NCBI GenBank assembly: GCA_963734495.1
Contig: CAVTHK010000003.1
Coordinates: forward strand, 320,001-384,000
Direction: 5' to 3'
Length of the DNA: 64,000 bases
From: an uncultured Spirochaetota bacterium
GTDB lineage: Bacteria > Spirochaetota > Spirochaetia > SZUA-6 > CAVTHK01
Shown: positions 11,706-22,477 of the stretch, in pieces
Position numbering within the stretch: position 1 is the first letter of the stretch
How the letters are laid out: each line of letters starts with the position of its first letter
Position numbers and translations under genes: made by a program
The notes under the pieces: generated by a model
What the model saw: only the letters and a program-made list of their open reading frames with translations
The model's database searches: none
What the model was told of the DNA's origin: nothing

Positions 11706-11789
11706 ATCGCGTCTCCTTTCAGCCGCTTCCGCGGCATTCCGCCCGTTGTGTCGCCGGCGGCCGCCCTGCCGCCGTCCTGCCCTCCTTCC

Positions 11790-12673
11790 CTATCCCTTGA
11801 TCGCGCCGATCATGACGCCGCGCACGAAGTATTTCTGCGCGAAGGGGTAGATGATCAGCACCGGCACGGTGGCCACGACGATCAGCGAGTACTTCAGCAG
11901 GTCCTCCAACCCCTGCCGCGCGACGAGGTCCTCCTCGCTCGTGATCAGGTTCGGATCGACCTGGTTCTGGATCAGGATGCTCCGCAGCACGAGCTGCAGC
12001 GGGAACAGGTGCTGGTCATGTCAGGTACAGCAGGGCGCTGAAGTACGAGTTCCACTGCCCGACGGCGTAGAACAGCGTGATGACGGCGAGGATCGGTCCC
12101 GACAGGGGAAGCACGATCCGCCTGAGGAACGTCATGTCGGAGGCGCCGTCGAGGCGCGCCGCCTCCAGGAGCTCCGGCGGGATGTTGGTCTGGAAAAAGG
12201 TGCGCGTGACCAGGACGTTAAAGACGCTCATCGCCGACGGGACGATCATCGCCCAGCGCGTGTTCAGCATGCCGAGGTTCCGCACGAGCAGGTACGTCGG
12301 GATCAGGCCGCCGGAGAACATCAGCGTGAAAAGAAAGGCGAACGTGATCCAGCCGCGGCCCACGAAGTCGGAGCGCGACAGCGGGTAGGCCGCCATCACC
12401 GTGAGGGAGACGCTGATGACCGTCCCGAGCACGGCGTAGGTAGAGAGAGTTGTAGAAGCCCCACCAGACCGCCTTGTACTCGAAGACCGCCTGGTAGCCG
12501 CGCAGGCTCGGGTCGACCGGCCACAGCCAGACCCGGCCGGTCACGACCGCGCGGGTCGAGCTGAAGGAGGCGCTCAGGATGTAGACGCACGGATAGAGGA
12601 CGGAGAGGAAGAAGAGAGCGAGGATGACGGTGTTGACCGCGTCGAATGCCGCGTCGCTCCGCGCCTGCCTCAT
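11790..12673 (-). CDS. Carbohydrate ABC transporter permease (LplC-like), frameshifted
   Basis: FSGGLIPTYL, EAARLDGA, QWNSYF and YPFAQKYFVRGVMIGAIKG. Confidence 0.85.
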
Positions 12674-13596
12674 GCCCTCACCACATTCCCTGTCCCGTCC
12701 TGCGGGCCGACCTGGTTCACGCCCAGGAGGAGCACGAAGTTGATGACGTTGGTGAACAGTCCGATCGCGGAGGAGTAGGAGAAGTTCACGATCCTCGAGG
12801 CGATCCCCACCTTGTAGACGTAGGTGTTGATGATCTCCGAAGTCCTGATGTTCAGAGGGTTCTGCAGCAGGAAGACCTTCTCGAAGCCGATGTCCAGCAT
12901 GTGCGCCACCTGCAGGATCAGCAGCGTGATCGCCACCGGGATGAGCCCGGGCACGTCGATGTGGATCACGCGGCGCAGCTTCGAGGCACCGTCGACCACC
13001 GCGGCCTCGTGCAGCGCGGGATCGACCGCCGACAGCGCCGCGAGGTAAATGATGCAGCCGAAGCCCATGTTCTGCCACACGCCTGACCAGACGTAGATGG
13101 ACGGGAACAGGTTGGCCTTGCCCAGAAAGTCGATCGGCACGCCGGTGAAGCGCTGGATCGCCAGGTTGACGATGCCGATCCGGGGGTCGAGCACCTGGTA
13201 GATGATGCCCACCATCACGACCACGGAGATGAAGTGAGGAAAGTACGTAAGGAGCTGCACGCTCTTCTTGAAGCCCACGTGTCCGACGTAGTTGAGGCTG
13301 AGCGCGAGCAGGATCGGGAACGGGAAGCCGGCGAGCAGCTGGTACAGGCTCAGGCTCACCGTGTTTCGCATCACGGTCCAGAACTCGTACGAGTGGAAGA
13401 AGCGCACGAAGTAGCGGAAGCCGACCCAGCGGCTGCGCCAGATGCCTTCGGAGACCGAAAAGTCCCGGAACGCGATCTGGGCGCCGTACATCGGGACATA
13501 CTTGAAGATCAGGAGATAGGCGAAAGGCAACGCAATGAGAAGGTAGAGCTGCCAGACCCTGCGGATGGCCGCGAGACGGGCACGCCGCTCGATCAC
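12670..13596 (-). CDS. Carbohydrate ABC transporter permease (LplB-like)
   Basis: FKYVPMYG, PHFIS and EAAVVDGA EAA loop. Confidence 0.88.
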   Translation of the reverse strand: MIERRARLAAIRRVWQLYLLIALPFAYLLIFKYVPMYGAQIAFRDFSVSEGIWRSRWVGFRYFVRFFHSYEFWTVMRNTVSLSLYQLLAGFPFPILLALSLNYVGHVGFKKSVQLLTYFPHFISVVVMVGIIYQVLDPRIGIVNLAIQRFTGVPIDFLGKANLFPSIYVWSGVWQNMGFGCIIYLAALSAVDPALHEAAVVDGASKLRRVIHIDVPGLIPVAITLLILQVAHMLDIGFEKVFLLQNPLNIRTSEIINTYVYKVGIASRIVNFSYSSAIGLFTNVINFVLLLGVNQVGPQDGTGNVVRA

Positions 13597-13620
13597 GTTC
13601 CGCCTGCCCTCCAGGATGCA

Positions 13621-13649
13621 ACCCTAAGGGAGCCGCCTGCGGTTGTCAA
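13621..13649 (-). promoter_or_regulatory. Sigma70 promoter TTGACA-N17-TAGGGT for the sugar ABC operon
   Basis: Perfect -35 and 17-nt spacer, about 25 nt upstream of the GTG. Confidence 0.5.
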
Positions 13650-13673
13650 CTCCGCCCCCGCGGCGGCGGGCTG

Positions 13674-14966
13674 CTATGTCTTCGCCAGCGCGTCGTCCAG
13701 GGCTTCGATGATGTCGTCGATGTGCTCGAGCCCGACCGAGAGCCTGATCAGGTCGGGCGTGAGGCCGCCGGCGCGCTGCTGCTCCTCGCTGAGCTGCGAG
13801 TGCGACGTGCTCGCCGGGTGCAGGATCAGGCTCTTGGCGTCGCCGACGTTGGCGAGGTGCGAGAAGAGCTCGATGTTGTCGATCACCTTGACCGCCGCCT
13901 CGTAACCGCCCTTGACGCCGAAGACGACCATGCCGCCGAAGCCCTTCTTCAGGTACCTGCTCGCGACCTTGAAGGTCGGGTCCTCGGGGAGGCCGGGATA
14001 GCGGACCCACGCGACCTTGGGGTGCCTGGCGAGGTGCTTGGCCACGGCCAGCGCGTTGCTGCTGTGCCGCTCCATGCGCAGCGGGAGCGTCTCGATGCCC
14101 TGCAGGAAGATCCACGCGTTGTCGGGCGAGATGCAGGCGCCGAGGTTGCGCAGCGGCACCGTGCGCACCCGCAGGGCAAACGCGATGGGCGCCAGCGGCT
14201 GCGGCAGGTCGTGCGGCCCAGCGCAGGCCGTGGTAGTTCGGGTCGGGCTCGTTGAACAGGGCGAACTTCGGGTCCTTCCAGTCGAAGTTGCCCGCGTCCG
14301 TGACGATGCCCCCGATCGCCGACCCGTGGCCGCCCATCCACTTGGTGAGCGAGTTGACCACGATGTTGGCGCCGTGCTCGATGCTGCGCAGGAGGTAGGG
14401 GGTCGTGAAGGTCGCGTCCACGACCAGCGGCAGGTGGTGCCTGCGCGCCACTTCGGCCACCGCGGCGATGTCCGTGAAGTCGAGGACCGGGTTGCCGATG
14501 GTCTCGATGAAGATGAGGCGCGTCTTCGCGTTGATCGCCTTGTCGAACGCCTTGATGTCGTGGTGGTCGACAAAGCGCGTCGTGACTCCGAATTGCGGGA
14601 GGATCGCGTCGAACATCGTGTAGGTGCCGCCGTAGAGGTTGCTCGCCGAGACGATCTCGTCGCCCGGCCTTCGCGATCGTGGCGATCGCGTAGTGGATCG
14701 CGGCGGTGCCCGGAGGCGGTCGCGACCGAGGCGGCGCCTCCCTCGAGCTGCGTGACCCGCTGCTCGAGCACGTCGTGGGTCGGGTTCATCAGGCGCGTGT
14801 AGATGTTGCCGAGCTCCTTGAGCGCGAACAGGTTCGCCGCGTGCTCGGTGCTCTTGAACACATAGGAGCTGGTGCGGTGCACGGCGACGCCCCGCGAAAG
14901 AGTCGTGGGGTCGGGCACCTGGCCCGCGTGCAGCGACAGGGTCTCGAAGCGGTAGCTCTTGCTCAC
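13674..14966 (-). CDS. metY: O-acetylhomoserine aminocarboxypropyltransferase (sulfhydrylase), frameshifted
   Basis: FETLSLHAGQ, GNIYTRLMNPT, SLTKWMGGHG (PLP Lys) and HLANVGDAKSLILHPASTSHSQL. Confidence 0.88.
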   Translation of the reverse strand: MSKSYRFETLSLHAGQVPDPTTLSRGVAVHRTSSYVFKSTEHAANLFALKELGNIYTRLMNPTHDVLEQRVTQLEGGAASVATASGHRRDPLRDRHDREGRATRSSRRATSTAAPTRCSTRSSRNSESRRALSTTTTSRRSTRRSTRRRASSSSRPSATRSSTSRTSPRWPKWRAGTTCRWSWTRPSRPPTSCAASSTAPTSWSTRSPSGWAATGRRSGASSRTRATSTGRTRSSPCSTSPTRTTTACAGPHDLPQPLAPIAFALRVRTVPLRNLGACISPDNAWIFLQGIETLPLRMERHSSNALAVAKHLARHPKVAWVRYPGLPEDPTFKVASRYLKKGFGGMVVFGVKGGYEAAVKVIDNIELFSHLANVGDAKSLILHPASTSHSQLSEEQQRAGGLTPDLIRLSVGLEHIDDIIEALDDALAKT

Positions 14967-15075
14967 CGGACTCTCCTTGGTCGATGCGTCTTCGTCTCGG
15001 GTCCCACCGACCCGCGCCGGCTCTCTGCCGGCGCGATCCGTGCGCTCCGGCAGCAGCCCTTCACTTAAAATCAAG

Positions 15076-15126
15076 TATCCAGATATAGATTGTCAGGATA
15101 GTATCTGAGATGAGAATTAAAGTCAA
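15076..15126 (-). promoter_or_regulatory. metY promoter TTGACT-N17-TACTAT with 25-bp imperfect palindrome over the -10/+1 region
   Basis: -35 at 15121-15126, -10 at 15098-15103; TATCCAGA-N9-TCAGGATA at 15076-15100 in an AT-rich patch. Confidence 0.7.
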
Positions 15127-15161
15127 CTGATTCTGTTATCTTTTCCGCAGGGGGAGGCGGC

Positions 15162-15641
15162 ATGGATCGTTCCGTATCGGTGGGCGTGGGCGCCGTCATC
15201 GTGCGCGACGGGCGGGTCCTGCTGGTGCGCATGGGGTCCGGCGGGAACCGGGGCCAGTGGTCCGTGCCGGGCGGGTACCTGAACGCCGGCGAGTCGCTGG
15301 AGCAGACGGTGGCGCGCGAGGTGGCGGAGGAGACCGGGCTGGAGTTCCGGCCGGAGCGCCTGGTGGCCGTCCGCTGCGGCGTGCGGGACTCGGCCGAGCG
15401 CGAGGAGACCAACGTCTACATCGCGTTCGTGGGCACCTGCGGGGCGGGCGAGCCGCGCCCCGATGGAAAAGAGGTGAGCGACGCGGCCTTCCGGCCGTCC
15501 GCGGAAGTCGTCGAGGCCGCAGACGTGGCGTCGCTCACGCGCGAAGTCGTGCGCGCCGCCCTGGGCGGCGGCGGCCTCGCGCGGTCGGACAGGGCCCTCG
15601 TCTCCGGCAACCGGTATCGCTCCTACGACGTGTACGCGTGA
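15162..15641 (+). CDS. NUDIX hydrolase
   Basis: Nudix box PGGYLNAGESLEQTVAREVAEETGL. Confidence 0.9.
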   Translation: MDRSVSVGVGAVIVRDGRVLLVRMGSGGNRGQWSVPGGYLNAGESLEQTVAREVAEETGLEFRPERLVAVRCGVRDSAEREETNVYIAFVGTCGAGEPRPDGKEVSDAAFRPSAEVVEAADVASLTREVVRAALGGGGLARSDRALVSGNRYRSYDVYA

Positions 15642-15744
15642 AATCGGGCCGGCCGGGCGGGGACCGAGGAGGCCGCGGGTGCCTTCACCTTGCCCTTCTC
15701 CAGGAACATGCGCTATATTCCGCATCAACTACGGGGACAATGCC

Positions 15745-16059
15745 ATGCCGACTTATGAGTACCACTGCCAGTCGTGTGGCCATCGGTTCGACGTTCTCCA
15801 GAAGATCACCGAAGAGCCGCTGACCAGGTGCCCCAAGTGCCACCGCGCCCGACTCAAGCGGCTGATCGGCGCCGGGCTCGGAGTCATCTTCAAGGGGAGC
15901 GGCTTCTACACGACGGACTACAAGCGCAGCGGCGCCAACGGATCCTCCTCCCGGAAGGGCGAAAGCAAGTCGGAGAGCAAGACCGACGGCAAGACCACGA
16001 AAGCTCGTCGGAGTCGAAGACCAAGGCGGAAACCAAAACCGGAAACCAAGACCGCCTGA
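15745..16059 (+). CDS. FmdB-family zinc-ribbon protein (low-complexity tail possibly frameshifted)
   Basis: MPTYEYHCQSCG..CPKC..FKGSGFYTTDY. Confidence 0.88.
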   Translation: MPTYEYHCQSCGHRFDVLQKITEEPLTRCPKCHRARLKRLIGAGLGVIFKGSGFYTTDYKRSGANGSSSRKGESKSESKTDGKTTKARRSRRPRRKPKPETKTA

Positions 16060-16128
16060 CGCGGCGGCCCTCCCTCAGCCGCGCTCCCGTCCGAGTTCTG
16101 TTCAACACCCCGGCGATCCACTATACTC

Positions 16129-17157
16129 GTGCGCGTGCGGGACCTGCGGCTCGACACACAGGGGTTCGTCTCCGTCGTTTCCTTTCGCGACGCCTTCCGC
16201 CTGCCCAGGCCCGCGAACGCCGACCGCCTGCTCTACGTCTTCGACGAGAACACCGGCCGGCTCTTCGCGGGCGGCGAGCGCGCCGCGGCGGTGATCCCGG
16301 CGGGGGAGGCGGCCAAGACATGGGCCTCGGTCGGGAGCATCCTCGAGCGGGCGCTCGCGCTCGGGCTCACGCGGGCGAGCGCGATCGTCGGCGTGGGCGG
16401 CGGCGTCGTCTGCGACGTGGCCGCCTTTGCGTCCTCGATCTACATGCGGGGCTGCGGGCTCGTCCTCGCCCCGACGACCCTGCTCGCGATGGTCGACGCG
16501 GCGATCGGCGGGAAGACCGGCATCAACTTCGGCGGCTTCAAGAACATGGTGGGCACGTTCCGGCCCGCGGCCGAGGTCCACGTCTGCATCGGCGCCCTGT
16601 CGTCCCTGCCCGAACGCGAGTATCGTTCGGGCCTCGCGGAGGTCATCAAGACCGCGGCCCTCGGCGACGAGGAGCTTTTCGGGATGCTGGAGCGCGAGCG
16701 CGAGCGCATCCTCGCGCGCGATGCCGCGCTCCTCGCCGATGCGGTCCGCAGGTGCGCCGCCGTCAAGGTGGGGATCGTCCAGGAGGACCTCACGGAGCGC
16801 GGGCCCCGCGCATGGCTCAACCTGGGCCACACGTTCGGCCACGCCCTGGAGTCCGTGACCGCGATGGAGCGGTTCACCCACGGGGAGGCCGTGGCCTGGG
16901 GCATGGCGCGGGCCATGGATCTGGGGGTCCGCGTCGGGGTGACCCGGCCCGCCTGGGCCGGACGGCTCACCGCCCTGCTCGAGGCCTACGGCTTTCGCAC
17001 CCGCATCGAGCGAGTCGACGCGGGCGCGCTCCTCGAGGCCATGGGGCGGGACAAGAAGAAGCTCGGTGCGGGGCTCCGTTTCGTGCTGCAGGAGGATATC
17101 TGCCGCACGCGAGTCGAGGAGGCCGACCTGTCGCAGGTGAGCGCGGTGCTCGGCTGA
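16129..17157 (+). CDS. aroB: 3-dehydroquinate synthase (true start possibly GTG 16135)
   Basis: GGGVVCD, PTTLLAMVDAAIGGKTGIN, LNLGHTFGHALE, HGEAV and DKK. Confidence 0.93.
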   Translation: MRVRDLRLDTQGFVSVVSFRDAFRLPRPANADRLLYVFDENTGRLFAGGERAAAVIPAGEAAKTWASVGSILERALALGLTRASAIVGVGGGVVCDVAAFASSIYMRGCGLVLAPTTLLAMVDAAIGGKTGINFGGFKNMVGTFRPAAEVHVCIGALSSLPEREYRSGLAEVIKTAALGDEELFGMLERERERILARDAALLADAVRRCAAVKVGIVQEDLTERGPRAWLNLGHTFGHALESVTAMERFTHGEAVAWGMARAMDLGVRVGVTRPAWAGRLTALLEAYGFRTRIERVDAGALLEAMGRDKKKLGAGLRFVLQEDICRTRVEEADLSQVSAVLG

Positions 17158-17215
17158 GACGACTGGACGCCTGCGGGATCGCGGGCGCTTGGGCGCGGAG
17201 AGCGAGGGGTGTGCG

Positions 17216-17869
17216 ATGCGTATCAGCAAGGAGGTCTTCCGTCAGCACGTGCGCGGCTTCGGGCCGGGCGACGTCATCTTCCGCGAAGGCGAGCCCGGGA
17301 AGGAGATGTTCATCGTCGTCGACGGCAAGGTGGAGATCACCAAGTCGACCTCGGGGTCGGCCAGCAAGACGCTGATCACGGTGACGAGGGGCGACATGTT
17401 CGGCGAGATGGCCGTGATCGACAAGAAGGCCCGTGCCGCCACGGCCACCGCCATCGCGCCCACAAAGGTGCTCGTCCTGAACGAGGCCCTCTTCGACGCG
17501 ACGCTGGAAAAGAACCCGGATTTCGCCCGCAAGATCATCAAGCTGCTGTCGGAGCGCCTGCGGCGGACCAACCTGCTGCTGCAGGGCGCCCTCGGCACGA
17601 ACCGCCAGAACCTGGTAATGGACGCGCTGAACCAGTTCGCGGCGGAGCACGGCAGCAGCACCTTCCGCGGCATGCGGTTCAACGTGAACGCCTTCGCCGA
17701 CTGGGCCGCCCGCCACATCGGTCTCGACGAGGCGGACATCCGCCAGCACGTCGAGGCGCTGGTCAGGCACAAGGTGCTGCAGGTCTCGGCTCTCGGCAAG
17801 GACGAGCTGCTGATCAGCTCCAGGGCGGCATCAGCCGCCCGGGCCGGCTCCGTCCGGCGCCGCCCCTAG
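17216..17869 (+). CDS. Cyclic-nucleotide-binding (Crp/Fnr-like) protein
   Basis: IFREGEPG, MFIVVDGKV and FGEMAVID..RAATATA. Confidence 0.8.
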   Translation: MRISKEVFRQHVRGFGPGDVIFREGEPGKEMFIVVDGKVEITKSTSGSASKTLITVTRGDMFGEMAVIDKKARAATATAIAPTKVLVLNEALFDATLEKNPDFARKIIKLLSERLRRTNLLLQGALGTNRQNLVMDALNQFAAEHGSSTFRGMRFNVNAFADWAARHIGLDEADIRQHVEALVRHKVLQVSALGKDELLISSRAASAARAGSVRRRP

Positions 17870-17938
17870 GGCCGCCGTCCGCGGGGCCGCGGCGCCGCGA
17901 GCGCCGGCGAGCCTGCGGCTCCCGCGCCGCGGCCGGCG

Positions 17939-20420
17939 CTACTCCTCCTCGATCAGCTTCGACAGCCTGCGGTAGGCCGCGTTGATGCACTCCGTGCGGC
18001 GGCTCTTCTCGCTGTCCGGGACCTCGTCCGCGAGCGCCTCGAGGCTCCCCAGGCTCTCCATGAGCGCGGTGTGGAAGCTCTTGTCCACCTCGAGCCAGTA
18101 GATGCCGGCCCGGTCGGTGTGCAGCGCCAGGAAGCCCAGCCTCCGCTGCTTCTTCTGCATCCGGCAGAGGCGCAGCAGGTTCTCGAGCTCCTCGCAGAGC
18201 TCGCCCGCGGCCCCGGTGACCGTGTAGTTGCGGTTCGACCACTTCTTGAGCACGCCGCGCTCCGCGTCGATCCGCACGGCGGCCGCCAGCAGCGAGTCGA
18301 GCGGCGCCCCCGGCATGATCTCCCAGCCGTCGTAGAGCAGCGTCCCCCGCATCTTGCGGTACTGGGGCAGCAGCGAGCGGTCGACCTCGTGGAGCACCGC
18401 CTTGAGCGCGCCCCATTCGAGGCTGACGAGCTTCTTCTTCCCCTTGACTCCCCTGATGGGGAACATGCCCGTGCCGATCCGCACGTTGTTCGTGAAGTCG
18501 CGGGTCGGGCCGGCGCCGGCCTTCTCGGCCACGGGGCGATGGAGCACGAGCCCCTCGTAGAGCAGGGGCGAGATGCGCTTGAGCCACTCCGGCCGCAGCT
18601 TGCTCACCGAGCGCGCGTACATCCGCGTCGTGCGCACGATCTCGCCCGCGACGATGTAGGGCGGCGTCTCCCCGAAGAGGACCGAGCCCGGGTGGATCAT
18701 GATGCGCCCCGTCGGTGAGCGTGCGGTAGACGCCGCGCTTGGCCTGGCCGCAGACGAACTGGATGAGGCCGCGCGAGACGGCGCAGAGGTAGTCGGAGAC
18801 GTCGCCGCCCGACAGGACCGGGACGCCCATGTCCGAGACGATCAGCTCGAGCTGCTCCTTGACGTTGGCGATCTCCGCCATGGCCTGGATGTCGAGGTAG
18901 GCGCGGTCGCAGAAGCTCTTGCGGTTGCGGCTGCGCTCGTAGCCCTGCAGGATCTTGAGGTAGGAGACGAAGTCGCCGTAGGCGTCGCGGAACGAGTGGT
19001 GCGCCCTGCGCGCCGCCATCTCCTCGCCGAGGGGCAGCAGGAAGGGGTTGTCGGCCGAAAGAAAGGCGGCGGCGGTGACGGCCTCGTCCACGACCTTCGG
19101 GTAGCTGCAGGATCGCCTCCACGATCATGCGCGCGTGCTTGGGCAGCAGGGGGAAGCGGCACATCATCTCGCCGACCTTCGTGAGGCTGCCGATCCGTCG
19201 TCGATGCGCGTCGAGGAGCTTGAGCGTCTGGATCGCGCTGAGGATGCCCTCGCGGTCGGGCGCGGCGAGGAACTCGAAGTTCTCGAAGTCCGTGATGCCG
19301 AGCTCCGCCATGCGCAGCACGACCTCCGAGAGGTCGGTGCGCAGGATCTCCTCGCGGGTGAACAGCTCCCGCAGCTCGTAGTCCGCCTGGCTGTAGAGGC
19401 GGTAGCAGACCCCCGGCGCCGTGCGGCCGGCGCGGCCCTTGCGCTGGTTGCACGAGGCCTTGGAGATCGGCACTTCGATCAGCGACGAGGTGAAGGTCCG
19501 CTGGTTGTAGAAGTTGAGCTTGGCCGACGCCCGGGTCGATCACGGTGCGCACGCCGTCGATGGTGACGCTGGTCTCGGCGATGTTCGTGGCGATGATCAC
19601 CTTGCGCTTGCCGGGGAAGTCGGCGAACACCCGCTCCTGCTCCTCGGCGGCGAGCCTCGAGTAGAGCGGCAGGATCTCGAAGTCCCGCGAGCCGGGCAGC
19701 GCCTGGACGCGGGCCGCGCAGTCCTTGATGGCCTTTTCGCCGGGCAGGAAGATCAGGATGTCGCCGGGCTCGCCCTTTCTGGCCGTCGCGTCGACGATGT
19801 CCTCGATCTTCTGCTGCATCTGGTCGTAGTCGCCCTCGACCTCCGGCGGGTCGTGGATCACCTCGACGGGGTAGGTGATCGCGTCGATCTTGACGACCGG
19901 GCACTCGTCGAAGTACTCGGAGAAGATCTCGGCGTTGATCGTCGCCGAGGAGACGATGACCTTGAAGGTCGGCCGCTCCCGCAGCACGCGCTTGAGCAGC
20001 CCGAGGATGAAGTCGATGTTGAGGCTGCGCTCGTGGGCCTCGTCGACCATGATCACGTCGTAGCGCGAGAGGTGGTAGTCGGCCTTCATCTCCTGGAGCA
20101 GGATGCCGTCGGTCATGATCTTGATGCGCGTGCGCTCGTCGGTGCGGTCCTCGAAGCGCATCTTGTAGCCGATGACGTCGGGGATCGTCGCGGCCGAGCT
20201 GGCGGGCGATGAACTGCGACACGGAGACCGCGGCGATGCGGCGCGGCTGCGTCACGCCGATCATGCCCTTTTCGGCGTAGCCGGCGTGGTAGAGGATCTG
20301 CGGCAGCTGCGTCGTCTTGCCGCTGCCCGTCGGGCTCTCGACGACGATCGCCTGGTGGCTCGCGAGGGCTTCGAGGATGCGCTCGCGCTGCTGGTGGACG
20401 GGAAGGTCGAGGGGGTTCAT
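17939..20420 (-). CDS. hrpA: DEAH-box ATP-dependent RNA helicase HrpA, multiple frameshifts
   Basis: SPTGSGKTTQLPQ, TQPRRIAA, DEAHER, SAT, TNIAETSVTI and QRKGRAGR. Confidence 0.9.
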
Positions 20421-20586
20421 GCCTGGGTGAGAGTGTAGGCCGAGCCTGCGCCGGCTGTCCACGGCGGCTCGGGCGGCGGCTTGGGCCGGGCGGCCTCCAC
20501 GTCGGTGTCGGGCGAGCTCGGGGGGCACCACGTTGTGCGCCGGGCGCGGCGAGTACAGTGCCGTACCGATCTACGAAACCTGTTCT

Positions 20587-20615
20587 TTGACTTCACGAAT
20601 CAGTCATGTTACTGT
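20587..20615 (+). promoter_or_regulatory. Promoter TTGACT-N17-TACTGT (extended -10) with TGACT-N9-AGTCA inverted repeat
   Basis: Seen directly about 25 nt upstream of the island's first ATG. Confidence 0.55.
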
Positions 20616-20641
20616 ACCGCGGTCTGGTCAAGGAGGATGTC

Positions 20642-22363
20642 ATGAACCGAAAGGTCTGCTCGATCGTATTGTGCTTTGTTGTTCTCGCTGGCCTGGGTCA
20701 GCTTTACGCCAGCGGGCAACGCGCGAGCGCCCCGGAGACCGCGACGACGGGCAAAGCGGGCGAGCCTCGGTACGGCGGCACGTTCACTGGCTTCTGGCCG
20801 TACTATCAACAGGAAGACCCGCCGAACCCCGATATCATGGCCGGGTTCTGGCAGCCGACCCAGTGGCTCAACCCGATCCAGGAACGCCCGATCATCGGCG
20901 ATTTCGAGAAGTACGGCCCGAGGGGCACGGGCGAGTTCAAATTCCAGCTGAAGGCGTATATCCCGGAGAAGTTCTGGAAGCCCAACCTGATCGAGAGCTG
21001 GGAAGTCACACCGCAGAAGACGGTCTGGCACGTGCGGCCCGGCATCATGTGGCAGGCGAAAAAAGGCGTCATGGACGCGCGGGAGCTCGTCGCCCAGGAC
21101 TTCGTGGAGGACCTGCTGCGCTTCGCGCAGAGCCCGCGCGGCGGCGGCTTCAAGAAGATGTTCACGAAGATCTCCGCCGACGGCAAGTACACCGTCGTCA
21201 TCGAGACTCCGTCCTTCGACAGCCTCCTCATGTACTACGTCGGATATGAAGATGCCGCCCTGATCTCTCCGCCGGAGATGGTCAAGGCGGGCCCCGATAA
21301 ATGGGAGAACCAGGTCGGCACGGGGCCGTTCATGCTCAAAGAGTACGTGATCGGGTCTCACGTCACCTACGAAAAGAACCCGAACTACTGGGGGACGACG
21401 ACCATCAACGGCGTCAAGTACAAGCTCCCCTTCGTGGATCAAATCGTGTTTCCGATCGTCCCGGATCATTCCACGCAGATCGCGCTGCTGCGGACGGGGA
21501 AGCTGGACTATTACTCGTTCGTGCCGTCGCAGGACTGGCAGTCTCTGGACCAGACGGCCCAGGGAATCAAGTCGCTGCGTATCCCCGGATCGACGGGCTG
21601 GGGGATCAGCCTCAACACTTCGAAGCCGCCCTTTGACAAGGCGGACGTCCGGCGGGCACTGATGGTCGGCACCAATCTCAAGGCGTTCGCGGACCTCGAG
21701 CGGGCCGGCGAATTGCCGCTCCACTGGTGGCCCCAGTACTTCGGAAACCCCGAGGTCTACACGCCGCTCAAGGACCTGCCGGCGAGCAGCCAGCTGCTGT
21801 ACTCGAACGATCCGGCCAAGGCGAAGCAGATGATTGCCGATGCCGGCTACCCGAACGGCTTCAGCATGGAGTTCCTCATCTCGACGCGGCCGGCCGACCA
21901 GGACCGGGCGTCGCTGATCAAGGACATGTGGAGCAAGCTCGGCGTCCAGGTGTCGATCAAGACCGTTGAGTGGGCGCAGGCGCAGACGCTGACACGGGCC
22001 GGCAACTTCCAGGCCTGGCTCGTCGAAGGCGAGGTCGGCAACCCGGTGTCCGGGATCCAGCAGTCGATGACGGGCAACAACTTCAACTCCAGCCGCTGGT
22101 CCAACCCCAAGTTCGACGACCTGGCATCGAAGATGCTGGCGGAGACGGATGCCGTCAGGCGCGCTGCCCTGAGCAAGGAGGCTTCGCTGATCCTCCTCGA
22201 CCAGGTTCCGCGCATTCCGATCGAGCCCATTGCCGAAGGCTACTTCTGGTGGCCGTGGCTCAAGAACTACTATGACGAGACCAACGTGGAAGACCAGGAC
22301 ATCCTGCCGGTCATCACGCGGACGTGGATCGACCAGGACCTGAAGAAGCAGATGGGGCACTGA
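20642..22363 (+). CDS. ABC transporter substrate-binding protein, family 5 (DppA/OppA-like)
   Basis: Signal peptide, PRYGGT, VGTGPFML, KNPNYW, LPFVDQI and PPFDKADVRRAL; AGGAGG RBS. Confidence 0.88.
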   Translation: MNRKVCSIVLCFVVLAGLGQLYASGQRASAPETATTGKAGEPRYGGTFTGFWPYYQQEDPPNPDIMAGFWQPTQWLNPIQERPIIGDFEKYGPRGTGEFKFQLKAYIPEKFWKPNLIESWEVTPQKTVWHVRPGIMWQAKKGVMDARELVAQDFVEDLLRFAQSPRGGGFKKMFTKISADGKYTVVIETPSFDSLLMYYVGYEDAALISPPEMVKAGPDKWENQVGTGPFMLKEYVIGSHVTYEKNPNYWGTTTINGVKYKLPFVDQIVFPIVPDHSTQIALLRTGKLDYYSFVPSQDWQSLDQTAQGIKSLRIPGSTGWGISLNTSKPPFDKADVRRALMVGTNLKAFADLERAGELPLHWWPQYFGNPEVYTPLKDLPASSQLLYSNDPAKAKQMIADAGYPNGFSMEFLISTRPADQDRASLIKDMWSKLGVQVSIKTVEWAQAQTLTRAGNFQAWLVEGEVGNPVSGIQQSMTGNNFNSSRWSNPKFDDLASKMLAETDAVRRAALSKEASLILLDQVPRIPIEPIAEGYFWWPWLKNYYDETNVEDQDILPVITRTWIDQDLKKQMGH

Positions 22364-22390
22364 GACCCGCAAGGCCGAGCGCGGGTAGCG

Positions 22391-22452
22391 CGACTCTCGT
22401 CGACCGAGGGGTGCCGGCTTTCGCGGCACCCCTCGCGCGCTTTCGAGAGTCG
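22391..22452. repeat. Intercistronic nested hairpin (12-bp perfect inner stem, 9-bp outer stem)
   Basis: CGAGGGGTGCCG/CGGCACCCCTCG at 22405-22435; CGACTCTCG/CGAGAGTCG at 22391-22452. Confidence 0.7.
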
Positions 22453-22477
22453 AATGACCGGACACAGGAGAGGCGGA

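Noticed and set aside
14967-15060. SAM riboswitch in the metY leader
   Set aside because: Only GC hairpins; no S-box core motifs
15955-16055. Short repeats in the FmdB tail (GAAACCAA)
   Set aside because: Low-complexity Lys/Ser/Glu/Thr coding tail, not an array
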